DNA from: Octopus bimaculoides
Taxonomy: Eukaryota
Length of the DNA stretch: 64,000 nt
Assembly (NCBI RefSeq): GCF_001194135.2
Contig: NC_068985.1
Location: forward strand, 19,449,254 to 19,513,253
Direction of reading: 5' to 3'
How positions within the stretch are numbered: the stretch's first letter is position 1; every line of letters starts with the position of its first letter. Shown here in pieces: positions 35,042 to 49,135 of this stretch. The position numbers were made by a program, and so were the translations under genes. The notes under the pieces are model-generated. The model made no database searches and was not told where the DNA came from. It saw nothing but the letters and a program-made list of their open reading frames with translations.

Positions 35042-38000
35042 TACATAGGCTCAAAACTGGAAATTTTGGGGAAGTACTCGATTTTATGAACCCCCAAAAG
35101 GATGAAAGGCAAAGTTCACTTCAGCAGGATTTGAACTAAGGAGAAAATAATTCAGAGAAAATACCACAAAGCATTTATTCCAATATTTTGATGATTCTGC
35201 CAAAACCACAACAACAATAATAATTATATTCAGTCTAACTCATTGCTTTGTTTTTCAGTTATATTTGTTGTTTGTAGGGACAACTTATTTAACCAGTAAA
35301 ATGGTTAGATTATTTTCAAAGTTTTCAGCATCACAAATAACAACAGCAGCAGGATTAAATATAGTTATTAGGACAAAAGTATTTGGAGTAAGCAAAAATT
35401 ATTTGACAAGTCCAAATATTTCTGGTTTCTTAACTATCATCAATAGAAATATACTAATTGCTTATAAAATAACATTGAGCAGCATTACAAAATTAAATTA
35501 ATCTTTTAATGTTCAGATTTTTCTATTAAATGTGATGCTTATTGATTCACATTGTTTTGAATTAATTCTCATATCTTTGAGATTTCAATGATGTAATTGT
35601 TTATTTTTAGTATAACATTGTAGTGTAGGTGTGAGAGGCTGGATCTTGTCAGTTTGAACATAAAACAAGTAGAATATTTTGGCTGGATATGGCTGATTTA
35701 AATGCTGAAAGATTAATTGATAATTTCTACTCATAATAGCCAAAAGACTGAAAATGTTTATGGTTATCTCCATTTACTTGCTCAGCCAGAAAATAATATA
35801 TGCTAACCCATAATATTTGTTTCCTGATCATTATACGTAACCATACTATGGCTATTTCTGATGTTGAAAACATTGGAAATCATCAAACCCACCTTTTTAT
35901 TACATAAATACATAGTCAACATCCCTTTATAATTAAATTATGAATACATTTCATCTCCCTGTGTTACTTGGTGTACTTTTCTGACCATTTCTACAAAGGA
36001 GAGTAGTTACTATAAGACAAGAAACATGAAACTGCATTTGATAGAATAAAAGATGCACAGACATATTAGAGGCATCCCAATATCAGCAGTGCATCTTCAG
36101 GAAAAAGCAAGTATCAGGGACAAAATTAGCATATGGGAGGTCCAGCTTCACATATAGGACCAGGGGTGATTTTTTGAGACATTTTTTTGGAAATCAAGGC
36201 ATCTTATATCCCATCAAATATGGTACTTCTATTGACAAGTATGAATTCAGACACATTCAAAGTTATCTCCCTTACTCACTCAACTAGTAATATTTTACTT
36301 TAGTCATGTGATCTGTAATGGAAAAAATCATGAAAATAATAGATTTATTACATATATTTATAGAACAAATATTCAGTCAACACCTCTTTATAATCATATT
36401 GTAATTACTTTATAATTACAATGTAATTAATTTTATAATTACATTTGTGTTAAACTATATTTTATTATCATTATTAAGGCAGCAATCTGGTAGAATTGTT
36501 AGCATGCCAAACAAAATACTTAGCAGCATTCCTTCTGGCTGTACATTCAGAGTTCAAATTCAGTCAAGGTCAACTGTATCTTTCATCCTTTTTGGGTCAA
36601 TGAAAGAAGTACCAGTTGAGCATTGGGGTTGATACAATGGACTGTCCCCACCCCCACAAAATTACAGGTCCGATGCCTAGTAAAAAGGATTATTATTGTG
36701 GGTGTTGCTCTTATCTTTTTACCTCACATTGACACTGATTTCAATTTCTTGTTTACTCATAAAGTCTAGAAGGAAGAACAACACCCATGAACTTAACAGA
36801 ACCTTCAAGACCAGTGAGTTTCATGAAGTGAATTTTCTGTTTCTATTGTCTTCAAGGACAATGTCTGATTGTTTATATCTCTATTTCTATGAGTATTGAA
36901 AGAACTTGCTACAGAGAATTGTGTAGTGGTATTAATTGGTCACTGGTTTTGAGACATGCTTAATTAATAATCTATCAATGACTTTGATTTTCATTTCGTC
37001 CAGGAATTATACTGAGAAATCTAATTATCTAAGCTTACACATTTAGATTTGGCCAATAATAAACATCAACTTTTACTGTATTGTAACCAGAAGGCTTACA
37101 TTTCAAGTTTCCACTGGTTTTAAAGACTGTATGCCTTATGACCCTGGCTCAGTCTTGAGTTGTTAACATGTAACTTACAGTTTCCTTGATAAGCACTTTT
37201 CACCACCACCGCCATAGCTGCCGTGTTAATCAGAAAAAAACGTTTACTGCTCTTTGTAAACTAAATAGCTTGAAATGTAGTGTGTCAGATGTTGTTTGTA
37301 AGGCTGTAAAGTAATTATCATCACTGTTGTGGTCATCACCACCATTGTTTTAATGTCCACATTTCCAAGCTAGCATGCTCAGATGGTCACATGCCCTTCC
37401 TGTTACCAACCAGCACCTGTTTCCAAGTAAGATATTACCCCTTGGTTAGATATGGCTATTTTTCTTTCACAAATGAATCACATCCTTTGTATGTTGGTGA
37501 TGCTTGTTGACAGCTATCATGTGATGTCAATACAAAAACATACACACACGGTCAGATACATGAATGTATGCATATATATAGTCCAACCCATGCCAGCATG
37601 GAAAACGGACGTTAATCGATGATGATGATGATGATACACAAGTTACTCTTTTACTTGTTTCAGTCATTTGACTGTGGCCATGCTGGAGCATTGCATTTAG
37701 TTGAGCAAATCAACCCCAAGACTCATTCTTTGTAAGACTAGTACTTATTCTATCAGTTTCTTTTGCTGAACTGCTAAGTTACAGGGATGTAAATACACCA
37801 GCATTGGTTGTCAAGTGATGTTGGGGGGACAAACACATACATACATAAATATATACATAACTCTGAAAACTATTACATACCACACATTAAATCAGACACT
37901 TAACAATTGTACATTACAAGTTAAAAAAGTAAGGAGGGAGCAGCTGCAGACTATTCCAGAATATTTTAGAGAAGGAATGGATCACCATCACCATCACCAC

Positions 38001-40118
38001 CATCACCACCATCACCATCACCATCATCATCATCATCATCATCGATTAACATCTGCTCTCCATGCTGGCATGGGTTAGATGGTTTGACTGGAGCTGATGA
38101 GCCAGAGAGCTACACTAGGTTCTAGTCTGATTTGACATGGTTTCTACAGCTGGATGCCCTTTCAACACTAATTTGACAGTTCAAATTCTTTTTCAACAGT
38201 TCATATGAAGAACAACTTAGTATTTTGGTTGAATATGAAAGCATCATGGTCAGTCATCAAAGCAACATGAAATTCTCAGCTAAATTTCCAACAAATACGA
38301 TATCAAATTGAGGCCTTAGCATAAAATAATTGAATGTGCTGAGCAGGAGAATACATGCTCACCATGTTCAGTACTCTAAACTAAACTGATTCTGTGTCCA
38401 AATGTAGTATCATATTTGTAATTATCAATGTATATATAAGGAAACAACAGTTAGTTTAGTCAGCAGCCCTTTAGCACTTAACCAGGCCAGATCCGGTCAA
38501 AATATTCTACAAGTTTAATGTTCAAACTGGTCAGATCTCGCACCTCCTAGAATGTCATTTTGAACACAAACAATCACATCATCAAAATCTCAAGCCTAGA
38601 AAATAATGCAGCATTAATTCAAAATGATGTGAATAAATACACATTACAGCTGATTGAGTAATCTAAGTACTAAAAGGTTAAAATGGCAATGAAACACAAG
38701 CCACATCTGCAGTTACTGAGAACAACTCAATCAACCTTCCTATAAAGATAAACCATAAGAAAACACACAACTCACTATCATGGTGGCTGTTTAACCCCAG
38801 GTCAGTTGTGACTGATTAGACCTATAACCAAAAGCATTCAAGACAGGACAATCCTGTCCTTTCAAGAGGGTATCTAAAAGTACGTTATCCAACGTAACCT
38901 TTGGTTGCTATTTCTAGCAGGTCAAGTGACCTCATAATTAATTTAGCATTTCAATTGGCCATATCCAGCCAAAATATTATGTTCAAACTGACCAGATGTA
39001 TCCTCTGACACCAACCTGACAATATCATTCTAAACATTAACAGTTCCCTCATCAAAATCTCAAAGCTACAAGATAATGTATGATTAATTCAAAACAATGT
39101 GAACAAATAAGCATTATTTTTGACAGAAGAATGTGAATGCTAAATGGTGTCAGTTTGTTGCTTACAGGTTCATTAGACCAGAGCTTCTTTCAGTTTCTAT
39201 GGGGTTTAAGAGTACAAAACTCCTCCATTATAGAGAACTGCAGCCCATTACAGGATTAAAATCCCTCCCTCTGGGATTACTTTTCAACTGAATGAACTGG
39301 GGCAATGTGAAATTAAATGTCTTGTTCAAACACTATGCACTAGCAAGATCAAGAATTGAACCAAACACCTAAAGATTATGAGACCAATGCCGAACACCAA
39401 CATAGTAATAAAGAGGTCACATTGAATGACTGACTATTCATTAGCTTTACAAGTTGAGCTAATGTCTTTTAATGGGCAAAAACTGCACCAGACTGACACC
39501 TTTGACTTCCTTAACAATGTAAAAGCTACAATATGCTCCAGTGTACACTATTTATAATGAAAAACATTGTTCACTGCTAAAGTACACTCACACCAAAAAT
39601 TCAGTAAAATTAGATTCTACTCAAATTACATTCCATGTAACAACCCACCCAACTCCATCAATTTACAAGCCGAGTATTGATTGAAAGACAATAAATGGAT
39701 GTGTACTAACGAAGTGTCTACTAACACCAAATATTCATTACTTTCTAAAACAAATAAAAGGAAATCTATTTTAACAAAAAACAGAAAAACAACAAGATAC
39801 ACTGAACAATGTTAAAAATACTATTAATAGNNNNNNNNNNNNNNNNNNNNNNNNNNNNNNNNNNNNNNNNNNNNNNNNNNNNNNNNNNNNNNNNNNNNNN
39901 NNNNNNNNNNNNNNNNNNNNNNNNNNNNNNNNNNNNNNNNNGCATGGTTTCAGGTTCAGTCCCACTGTGTAACGTCTTGGGTGTCTTCTACTTTAACCCT
40001 GTCAATATACATGCTTCAGAGCATACTTTAACCCTGTCAATATACATGCATTAGTCAAGTAGAGAGTGTAATAAGAGATTACATAAATGACAAAAGAACC
40101 AGAAATTACGTTATGAAA

Positions 40119-40216
40119 TTCATTAGCTTACAGCTGTTTCTGCTATAAGATGCAAGGAACTCATAGTTAAGTGTTTGAGTATCACCTTATAATAGAAACA
40201 GCGGTAACCTAATGAA
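40119..40216. repeat. ~100 bp palindrome in a dispersed repeat shared with 32420-32590
   Basis: ttcattagcttacagctgtttc...gaaacagcggtaacctaatgaa inverted arms. Confidence 0.8.
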
Positions 40217-40711
40217 GTTGATTACATCATTTCTTGTTCCCTTGTCATTTATATCTCTTTGGTTGTTTGTTCGGTTGTTTATTTGTATGTGTGTGTGAGA
40301 AACAGGGAGAGAGAGTATGTATACATTTATGTCGCTTTGTCTTGACAACACATGATGGTTGTATCTCTGTCATACAAAGTAGTATCATTACCAATATTCT
40401 GCATAAACTTGTTTACTGATGGGGTAATAGTGATTTGCATGGAAACAGGTAAGGGTTGGTGACAGGAAAGGTATCCAGCAATAGAGAAATCTGCCTCAAT
40501 AAGCTCCATCTGACTCCTGTAAGTATGGAAAGGTGGTCATTAAAACTATGATGATGATGATGATGATGTTGTTTTCCCATTTCTTTTCATTCAAATGTTA
40601 TAAGAGATAAAATCTGCCTTTTTTTTATCTTTCTTTAATTAATGAACCAAGAACATACTACTAAAAATAATTATTATTTTAGAGTTCAAAAATAAATAAG
40701 CGAATACATAC

Positions 40712-40857
40712 CCCTGACGCACCTCGGTGGGCAAATAATCTTGGTTTGGAAGGCAAACTATCTGCTGGTCGGACACATGGAGATTCAATAAACAGTGGAA
40801 TGACATAGAGGCCAACAAGAATTGCCATGTATGCCACTAAAGTTAATAGTTTTAAAC
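40712..40857 (-). CDS. GDPD5-like: GDPD5-like exon: (R)LKLLTLVAYMAILVGLYVIPLFIESPCVRPADSLPSKPRLFAHRGASG
   Basis: 146 nt, long pyrimidine tract plus atag acceptor, gtatgt donor; TM helix, SPC motif, catalytic HRG. Confidence 0.93.
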
Positions 40858-41302
40858 CTATATGGGAAAGAAAACCAAAAAAAGCAATATTACATTATTT
40901 GATTCCATTCAATAGTGAACATCCAATTACAAGGAAAAACTGTAAGCTTCTGTGTATATGCAAATGTGCATGCATGCATGCATACATTCATATATACATA
41001 TATATGTACCTACGTACATATGTACACACACACACACACACACACAATACACAAATACATACATACATCAGTACCGGTGACATGGGAAAGCAACAGTGCT
41101 GGTAACACATAAGAGGCACCCATGCCAAAGACACATAAAAGGTACCCAGTACACAATGGTTGGTGTTAGGAAGGGCATCCTGCCATAGAGACGAAGCTGA
41201 AATAGACTGGAGCCTGATACAGCTCTCTGGCTTACTAGCACCTGTCAAACTGTCTTACTCATGCCAGCATTGAAAACGGACACTAAATGACAATGATGAT
41301 GA

Positions 41303-41349
<47 letters not shown>

Positions 41350-41719
41350 AACAAGCAAAACATGTCTGGTCATGGGGAAATAGTCCCTTGTTTGGAAACT
41401 AGTGACAGTTGGCAAGAGGAAGAGCACCCAGCCAAAGAAAATTTACCTCAATAGACACCAACCAACCAATGCAAGCATGGAAAACAGGATGTGATAATGA
41501 TGATGGTGGTGGTGGTGGTGGTGAGGATGAGTATGATGATGATGATGATGATGATATATTTGAAAACATTGAATAAGGATGGCTTTTCTGATAATTATTT
41601 TCCAATTTGAGGAGTAGATGTTTGCAAAGAGTCATTTTGTAAAATTCTAGTCATTAAAGCAGAATATAGTACTGGTTTACAGAGAAATTGAGGCAAACAC
41701 AAAAATTGTTGCTCTAGTC

Positions 41720-42056
41720 TAATTTGGGGGTGCTATGAAGACATTGGATGAGGTGTTGAAGCATGATCTTCAAATGTGGGGTCTCATGGAGGTAACAACA
41801 AGCGATTGCGACCTTTGGTGATTTGCTGTACTTCAGAAGACTTGTCAAGTGAAATCATAGTTGTAGGTGGTGCCAGTGATACATAAAAGGCATCCACTAC
41901 ACTCAGAGTGGTTGGCATTAGGAAGGACATCCAGCCTTAGAAACCAAGTCAAAATCAGACTGGAACCTGATACAACTCTCCAATTTACCAGTTCCAGTCA
42001 AACTGTCTAACCCATGCCATCACGGAGGAAAGTGTACACTAAATGATGATGATGAG
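41720..42056 (+). mobile_element. RTE LINE 3' end / RTE-tail SINE
   Basis: KTLDEVLKHDLQ-like coding remnant, then the shared 3' UTR and (ATG)n tail; many further tail copies at 32985-33420(-), 38020-38165(-), 41090-41305(+), 47160-47460(-), 47710-47900(-), 50130-50345(+) and 54290-54720(-). Confidence 0.75.
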
Positions 42057-43837
42057 TATGTATGTGTGTATATATAAACTATGTCAGATTAAAATGTGGG
42101 AAGCAAGATATGGTCACCTGGCCTGTCTCAGACCATTACAACCTGCTCTGCTCATATTATGTTGTGGCAAGAGTCACAACAGCCCCTGCGAGAATAGACT
42201 TGACTGAATGACTATAAATAGTAGCAGTCTGAGTGAAAGACAGGGAGAATAGGCATTAATTGCAGGAAATCATAAGGTTTCATTTTGGTAGTTTGTCAGA
42301 ATATCATTTGTTGGTTCGTGTATAGTTCATGAAGAGTTTGTTGGATTGTTAGGTTGTACCCTGCTTTGTTATATATTCATTGTTACTACATGGTTATAGT
42401 GTAAACAAGTATCGTCATAAATAGTGGTGGTACTACAATAGTTGGTGATGAGTAACTACAATACAATATATTATCAAGGAAAGAAAGCATAAAACCAAGA
42501 AGAAAACAATGATGATGATGATGATGATGAGTGTGTGTGTGTGTGTGTGTGTGTGTCTGCAAGTCTGTGTTTTTATTAACTCAATAAACTCATCACCCTA
42601 TACCTGGCCATTGTTATAATTGTGTAAGAGGGGTAGAAATGGTGGCAGATTAAATGTATTGCAGTGTTTAGTTGAAACGTTCCCATTCTGAAATCAAATT
42701 ATATTGTATTCGTTTCTTTTTCCTTTTTATTTCAGTATAAACTTTGTTTACAGTTATACATGTATTCACAATTTTATGAAAAAAATAAAAAAATAAAAAA
42801 ATAAAAAAGGGACATCAGAATTGAACTATGAAATCCAGATGGGATAGTTTACTTGGGATCACATTCATGGAGATCGGCAAAGGATGCAACAACAACAAAA
42901 ATCTGATCTCTGAACAACTCCCCAAGTTACAGATACTCTTCTGATTCTCACAGAAGACACACTGAACAAGTAATTGGATCATGAGATAGAAACTTGTAAC
43001 TGATGATGCTATTGTTCACAAGCTGCAATATAAAATATATGAATCCTGCTTTTAATCGTTATCTTAATACTGCTCAATCACACACAAAAGAAGATAAACT
43101 CTTGATTTCTTCACTGTTTTCTCATTATCCTATTTTTTTTACTCTATGTAAAGGTAAATTTATTTGTCAATATATATAAATATCTATTTTCTNNNNNNNN
43201 NNGCACACACATACACATAGAGAGAGAGAAAAAACTAATTATGTTCAGAAGATAAACAAGAAAATAGATATTTATATATATCAAGCCTAATCGCATTTAT
43301 CTACATCACTAATCCTTTATTCATGGTCACTGAGACTGTTGACAAGAAGTAAAGAAGTCACTCTCAAACACAAAATCTGTAGAGAACATGTAAAAAAAAA
43401 GTGAAATCTGCCAAAGACTCCCAAGTACCAGGTGGTGGTGGTGGTGGTGAGATTAAACTGGTTGAAAGATTAAGCCAACCACCTAAGGATTCAGAACACA
43501 AACAACCAGAACAAATCCAACAATGCATCACATCTGATGTTCTAACAATCCTGTCAAACTCCTACAATGCATCTCAGAGTTTATTTTATTAACCCCTCCA
43601 AAAGGATGGAAGAGAAAGTTGACCTCAGTGAGATTCAAACTTAGGAATATAGACAGGTGATTCAAATGCCATTTATGCTATACTAACAAGGTATGAACAC
43701 CAGAAAATTAGGAAAATGAAAAGTGTCATTGTATTTGAGATAGAATTTAATAAGTCTGCTTTCTTTAACGACAACTTTTTCAGAAATAAATTTGTATATA
43801 TCTGACAATGATTTTTGAAATGACAAAATATACTTAC

Positions 43838-43931
43838 GGAATCGGTCTAAAATGTACCACTGTCTTATCAGAATCCAAGTGAGAATAGTAAAGATCACAA
43901 TCAGACCAACATGAATAAATGGACCGACTAT
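43838..43931 (-). CDS. GDPD5-like: GDPD5-like exon: IVGPFIHVGLIVIFTILTWILIRQWYILDRF(R)
   Basis: 94 nt, tttccag acceptor, gtaagt donor, phase 0 to 1; PFxHxG motif. Confidence 0.92.
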
Positions 43932-44948
43932 CTGGAAAAATAATCAAAGAAAAAATAATAACCGTAATATTAAATTCATCATCATTGTTTTAATATCTAC
44001 TTTTCCATGCTCGCAAGGGTTAGATGCAATTTGTTAAGGCAAACTTTCTATTGCTAGATGTCCTTCCTATTGCCAATTTCAATCTGTTTCTAAGTAAGGT
44101 AATATTCCTCCATGACTACATATATTTCCACAGAAGATAGGAAAAGAATGATATTGCTTGCATGATGGTGACACTTGTTTACAACTATCACATGACACCA
44201 AGGACAAAATGTTGTCTACACACACACACACACACATATGCATGCACACTGAGTGGGATTCTTTCAGTTTCTCTCTGACAAATCCATTTACAAGGCTTTG
44301 GTTGGTCCAGGGCTATTGTAGAAGACACTTGCCCAGTGGGACTGAACCTGAAACCATGTGGTCAGGAAACAAACTTCTTACTATGCAGCTACGTCCATGC
44401 TTACAGCCACAATTGATACTCCATATGATATCTATGTCATATAGTATCCACTATATTGCTTTGTAAAGACTTTCCTTTCATAAATGTTTCCGTAGTTATA
44501 TTATCTTTTTTCTATTACCAATTCCACTCATTAGACTGTAGCCATACTGGGCCACAACCTTAAAGTATTTTAGTCGAGCAAATCAACCCCAGTACGTTCT
44601 TTTTGTTTTTTTTTAAGCCTGATACTTATTCTATCAGTGTTTTTTTGCCAAACTGTTAAGTTACAGGCATAAACACATAAACACACTGGTTGTCAAGTGG
44701 TAGTGGGGGATAAACACAGACACACACATGCATGCACACACAATGGGTTTCTTTCAGGTTCCATCTACTAAATTCACTCATAAGGCTTCGGTCAACCCAA
44801 GGCTTTATGTATGTAATCCTGAAAGAGACTAATAATAATAGTCGCAAGAAAATAACATTGCTTAATATTTATTTATTACATATTTTCTAATCGTTGGCAA
44901 AAGAAATATAATTTGGAGAAAAATGTTTCAAATATGATAGAGACTTAC

Positions 44949-45107
44949 TTGAAATGATAGTTTCAGCATTGCCCACTCAGATGGCCAGAGAGTATTCATG
45001 GCTATTGTGAAGCCAATGCAACTCAAAAGACTGATGATTATCATCGCTACATGGAATGGATGGATGTATAATTGATGTCCCACATAAATGTGACATATTG
45101 ATAGACC
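44949..45107 (-). CDS. GDPD5-like: GDPD5-like exon: GLSICHIYVGHQLYIHPFHVAMIIISLLSCIGFTIAMNTLWPSEWAMLKLSFQ
   Basis: 159 nt, taacag acceptor, gtaagt donor, phase 0 to 0; CHIxVGxQ and LWxxEWxxLxxSxQ motifs. Confidence 0.92.
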
Positions 45108-47115
45108 CTGTTAATGATAGCATAAAATGGATGGAAGCATTGAAATAATGTTAAGTTACAGCATGAGGTAAAAATGGATTAAAGGGAAATTATAATCTTA
45201 AAGTTTATAAAATGGAGATATTAAAAAAAAATTTATTTGTGATTAATTCCAAATGACAACATAGTGAGATTTGTTTGGTATGAGGGTTCTTAATTTGCTG
45301 CCACACAGTGTGACTGATGCTGAACCATGTGGTTAGGAAGTGAACTTCTTAACTACACAGACATGTCCATACACACATACACACACGGGTGTGAAATTGT
45401 GAAGATTGGTTAATAACTGATAAGGGATGAGAGTATCCATGTTTTTGGTGTTTTTTCCTTTCTTCCATGTGTTCTTTTGTTTCTTTGTATGTAACTACTT
45501 TCTTTCTCTCTCACTCTCTCTCTCTCTCAACATACACACAGACACACACAATATGCACACAAACACACACCTATATATATACACACACACACATATGCAT
45601 ATACACACATGCATAAACACTATACACACACACACACACACACACCAATATTACAAGCACTTCAGCATTCAGTGTGCACCAGGAAAAGCTGATGCATCAT
45701 GACATTTCTTCTCATACATAAACTTTACTGTTAAATATTTCAGATGTTGTCAATATCAATGCAGATCTTCCTGTTGACATACGGTGAATGAATACATTGC
45801 TATAAATGTTTCCTTTATCTCCATTATATATATACACACACACACACACATATATACATGTATATACGCACATACATATATATACATATAAAAAAACACA
45901 CACACACACACACATATATTTGTATTTCTGTTACAAACCAATGAGGGAACCTTTACATGGTACTGAACTTGCTAGAAGTAGCGTAGCCATCAGATGTCAC
46001 TTAGCAAAAAATACATATGTGTCCTACCAATGGACCTCTTTGTCACAGCTATGTCAAATTCTGGCTTAAAATATCTAACCTCAAAATAAATGTTATAAAT
46101 ACTCTTTTTATACTCTACAAATGTTTTAATCATCATTACAAACAAATAAGTTATAATGTTAAGAAGCAATTAAAGAGAGTATCATCTTTTCTCCCTGTTT
46201 AATATTTCAAAACATAATAGTAAGATCATGATTTTATATTCCCCCCAGAATAATGACGTGTCATTGCAAGTGAAAAGTATAAAACATGATCAACCAGCTT
46301 ATCGTTTCATCAATATTTCATTTGTTTAAAAATATCAACGTATTTTATATTATTTCGAAATGATAGTCACTTCTAACCAAACCAGTTCTTCTGGATGAAT
46401 TGACATTGTATATTGTATATTATATATACTGTCTTTATAATAACATCATGTTTTATGGGAAAGATAACATGCTTCTGACAGTTTGAAGCAGCAACTGATT
46501 ATACAGTCTATATCTTGCTGCTATGTGATGTTGGCACAATAAAAGCAGCAACTGATTATATAGTCTATATCTTGCTGCTATGCCATGTAGGTACATATCT
46601 ATTTGAAAGCATGGTTTACAGAGACAAGTTTTGTCACATTCTGCTGTCATAAGATACAAAGACAGCAATACATTTACTTCATATTAGCCTCTAGGATGAA
46701 AGAAATGGTGTTGAAAATTATGAGAACTTCAACTCGTAACAAAGACAATTTAATAATCTTCAAGGCCTAGCTTTAAGTAAAGACATTGAATGAAAAAATG
46801 CTGTGACCGGAAACCACTGTATAAATGAATTTCTCTCTTGACCTGACCTTAGATTTGACTGTATATTGAGATCATAAAAGGTCATAGCATTACAATAAAC
46901 AATGCTCTATCTTTCTTCCTTCTTTGTGATATTAAAACACATTAGGAAGAAGGTTGTAAACAAGATTCATAAAAATACAACACATCACTACACAGACTAG
47001 AAATAATTCCATCTCTAGCAATAAAACATTTTCATTTTGTTTTGTATTTTTAGCTAGTGTGAAGAATAAAATTTGCACATGTGTGCATCTTTTCCATGCT
47101 TGTGTTGGCTGTATA

Positions 47116-47164
<49 letters not shown>

Positions 47165-47652
47165 CGTCATCATTTAACATTCATTTTCCATGTTGGAATG
47201 GGTTGGACAGTTTGACAGGAGCTGGCCAGCTGAAGAGCTGCACAAGGATCCATGCCTGTTTTCTACAACTAGATGCCCTTCCTAATGCCAATCACTTTAC
47301 AGAGTGTATTGGGTGCTTTTATGCAGCACCAGTACAGGTGTTTTTTTTACATGAGACCATGAGCCTACATGATCAGAAACATACAACTAGAGAGAGATGC
47401 AGAGGACATACCTGTTTGCAAGGACAACCACAATTTTGCTTACTTTATGTGTCTTCTCAAGCATAGCAAACCTCTAGAAGTCTTGGTCCCCTGTCATCCC
47501 AGAGACTCCTATGCTTATATTGAATAGTGAGAATGAGTGCTTAACCATGCATTGGTGGATGAATTTTTTTTCATTTGTGAGTTAACAAGGATACCAATTG
47601 TTTCATGTGAAAACATCCTCACAATTGTTCAAAATGGAGATAAGTACCTACC

Positions 47653-47705
<53 letters not shown>

Positions 47706-48631
47706 GTATAATCATCATCATCATCACTTAACATCCGTTGTCCATGCTGACATGGATTGAACAGTTGGCACGATGGAAGGCTGCACTAGACTCCAGTTTG
47801 ATTTGGCAGGGTTTTCTACAGCTAGATGCCCTTCCTAACGCTCACCACTCCAACAGTGTAATAGGTGCTTTTATGTGCCACCAGCGCGGGTGTCATTTGC
47901 ACGACAGTAGTCTATAAACAATCATTAACAATGTGCTGCATTGATGGCAGAGAGACTTAACTCTGAAATGCCCAGTTCACTTAAATGCAAGTAGAAACTA
48001 CTAAGTACTAGTGCTATACTGAGGTTGACTGTATCAGTTCTATGACTTCTCCTCTGGCACTTATAGAAGTGAAACGGCAGCGAGAACATGACATGAGCAA
48101 TGAGTGGGTTGAATCTGTTTCAAGTGTTTTTGCTGTGTTTCAGAGTAGAATGTTTTATTGTACATTATCAAAGTTCATTTATATGTTGGGAATAGATACC
48201 AAATTATCTGGAAATGTTACTTATCCAGGAGAGAAGATTCCTCTATTGTCTGTTTAATATCATAAAGCCGGCAATATGCATCAACCCTTTAATGTTCATT
48301 ATGGTTGAAGATGTAGTTATACTTTCACATTTGGTCTGGTAAGTAAACATGCTTACATTGTAAACTTCATTACTTAGATTGTTACATTGCACACACAAGT
48401 ACAATCTTTTCTCATCAATTGACCATACATTTACAAGGAGTCATTTCAGTTCATTATAATGCAGTATACAAACTAAAACTAAAAAGTTAAACACAAACTG
48501 AAGGAAACATACATAGATATATTACAAATAGAAATGTTGTATTATGAACTCTAAACCCAATAGCTAAGTTATATTTTTCTGCTGTTATTTCTGTGAACTG
48601 GAAAAATAATGTAAAATTGAAAGCAACTTAC

Positions 48632-48728
48632 CACTAAAATTGTAAGATACCCAAACACAACCCCTGTTATGGACAGCATTATTGTATACCATGGTAAATA
48701 TTTCAGTTTTAATTTTACTGTAAAATAC
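48632..48728 (-). CDS. GDPD5-like: GDPD5-like exon: (W)YFTVKLKLKYLPWYTIMLSITGVVFGYLTILV
   Basis: 97 nt, ttttccag acceptor, gtaagt donor, phase 2 to 0, hydrophobic TM segment. Confidence 0.85.
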
Positions 48729-48882
48729 CTGGAAAAGCAATAAATGAAAACTTGTTAAATATTATGTAGAAATGAAAATCATCTTGTGGCTTGTTTTGTT
48801 TTGGCTTTTGTTTGTGTTTTTAATTGCTGAGTGTCATGGAAAGGGCAGTGTCCCTGCTTTCACAGGGCCTTCTATTATAAAT

Positions 48883-49135
48883 CAGTGGCTCTCAAGTGGG
48901 CTCCACATGACCCTTGGGGGTCTACATAAGATTTCGTTGCTAAAATTATGTGCAATAAATTGATTATACTTCTACAATAAACACAATATTTCAACAATTT
49001 TTTAATATAATTCTTAATAATATTTAATTATAAAAATGTAATAAGATTTTTTAATCTTCAAATGATTATGAGGGTCCATCAGAATAAAAGAGGAATGAAA
49101 AATGTCCATAGGTAAAAAATGCTTGAGAACCACTG
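48883..49135. mobile_element. hAT/Charlie-like MITE
   Basis: cagtggctctcaag...gcttgagaaccactg TIRs; internal similarity to 30652-30883. Confidence 0.7.

Noticed and set aside
40712-40836. Shorter acceptor at 40837-40838 for the HRG exon
   Set aside because: The acceptor at 40858-40859 has a much stronger pyrimidine tract and restores the expected TM length; the shorter site may at most be a minor alternative
43168-43281. ~24-bp inverted repeat across the 43193-43202 gap
   Set aside because: Low-complexity and gap-adjacent; likely an assembly or simple-repeat effect
46487-46585. Two-copy ~57-bp tandem duplication (also 59328-59392 and 60768-61140)
   Set aside because: Ordinary slippage-type local duplications; not CRISPR-like, with no constant repeat and unique spacers
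48042-48257. 71-aa plus-strand ORF with ordinary composition
   Set aside because: No recognisable motif; length within chance expectation; antisense intronic
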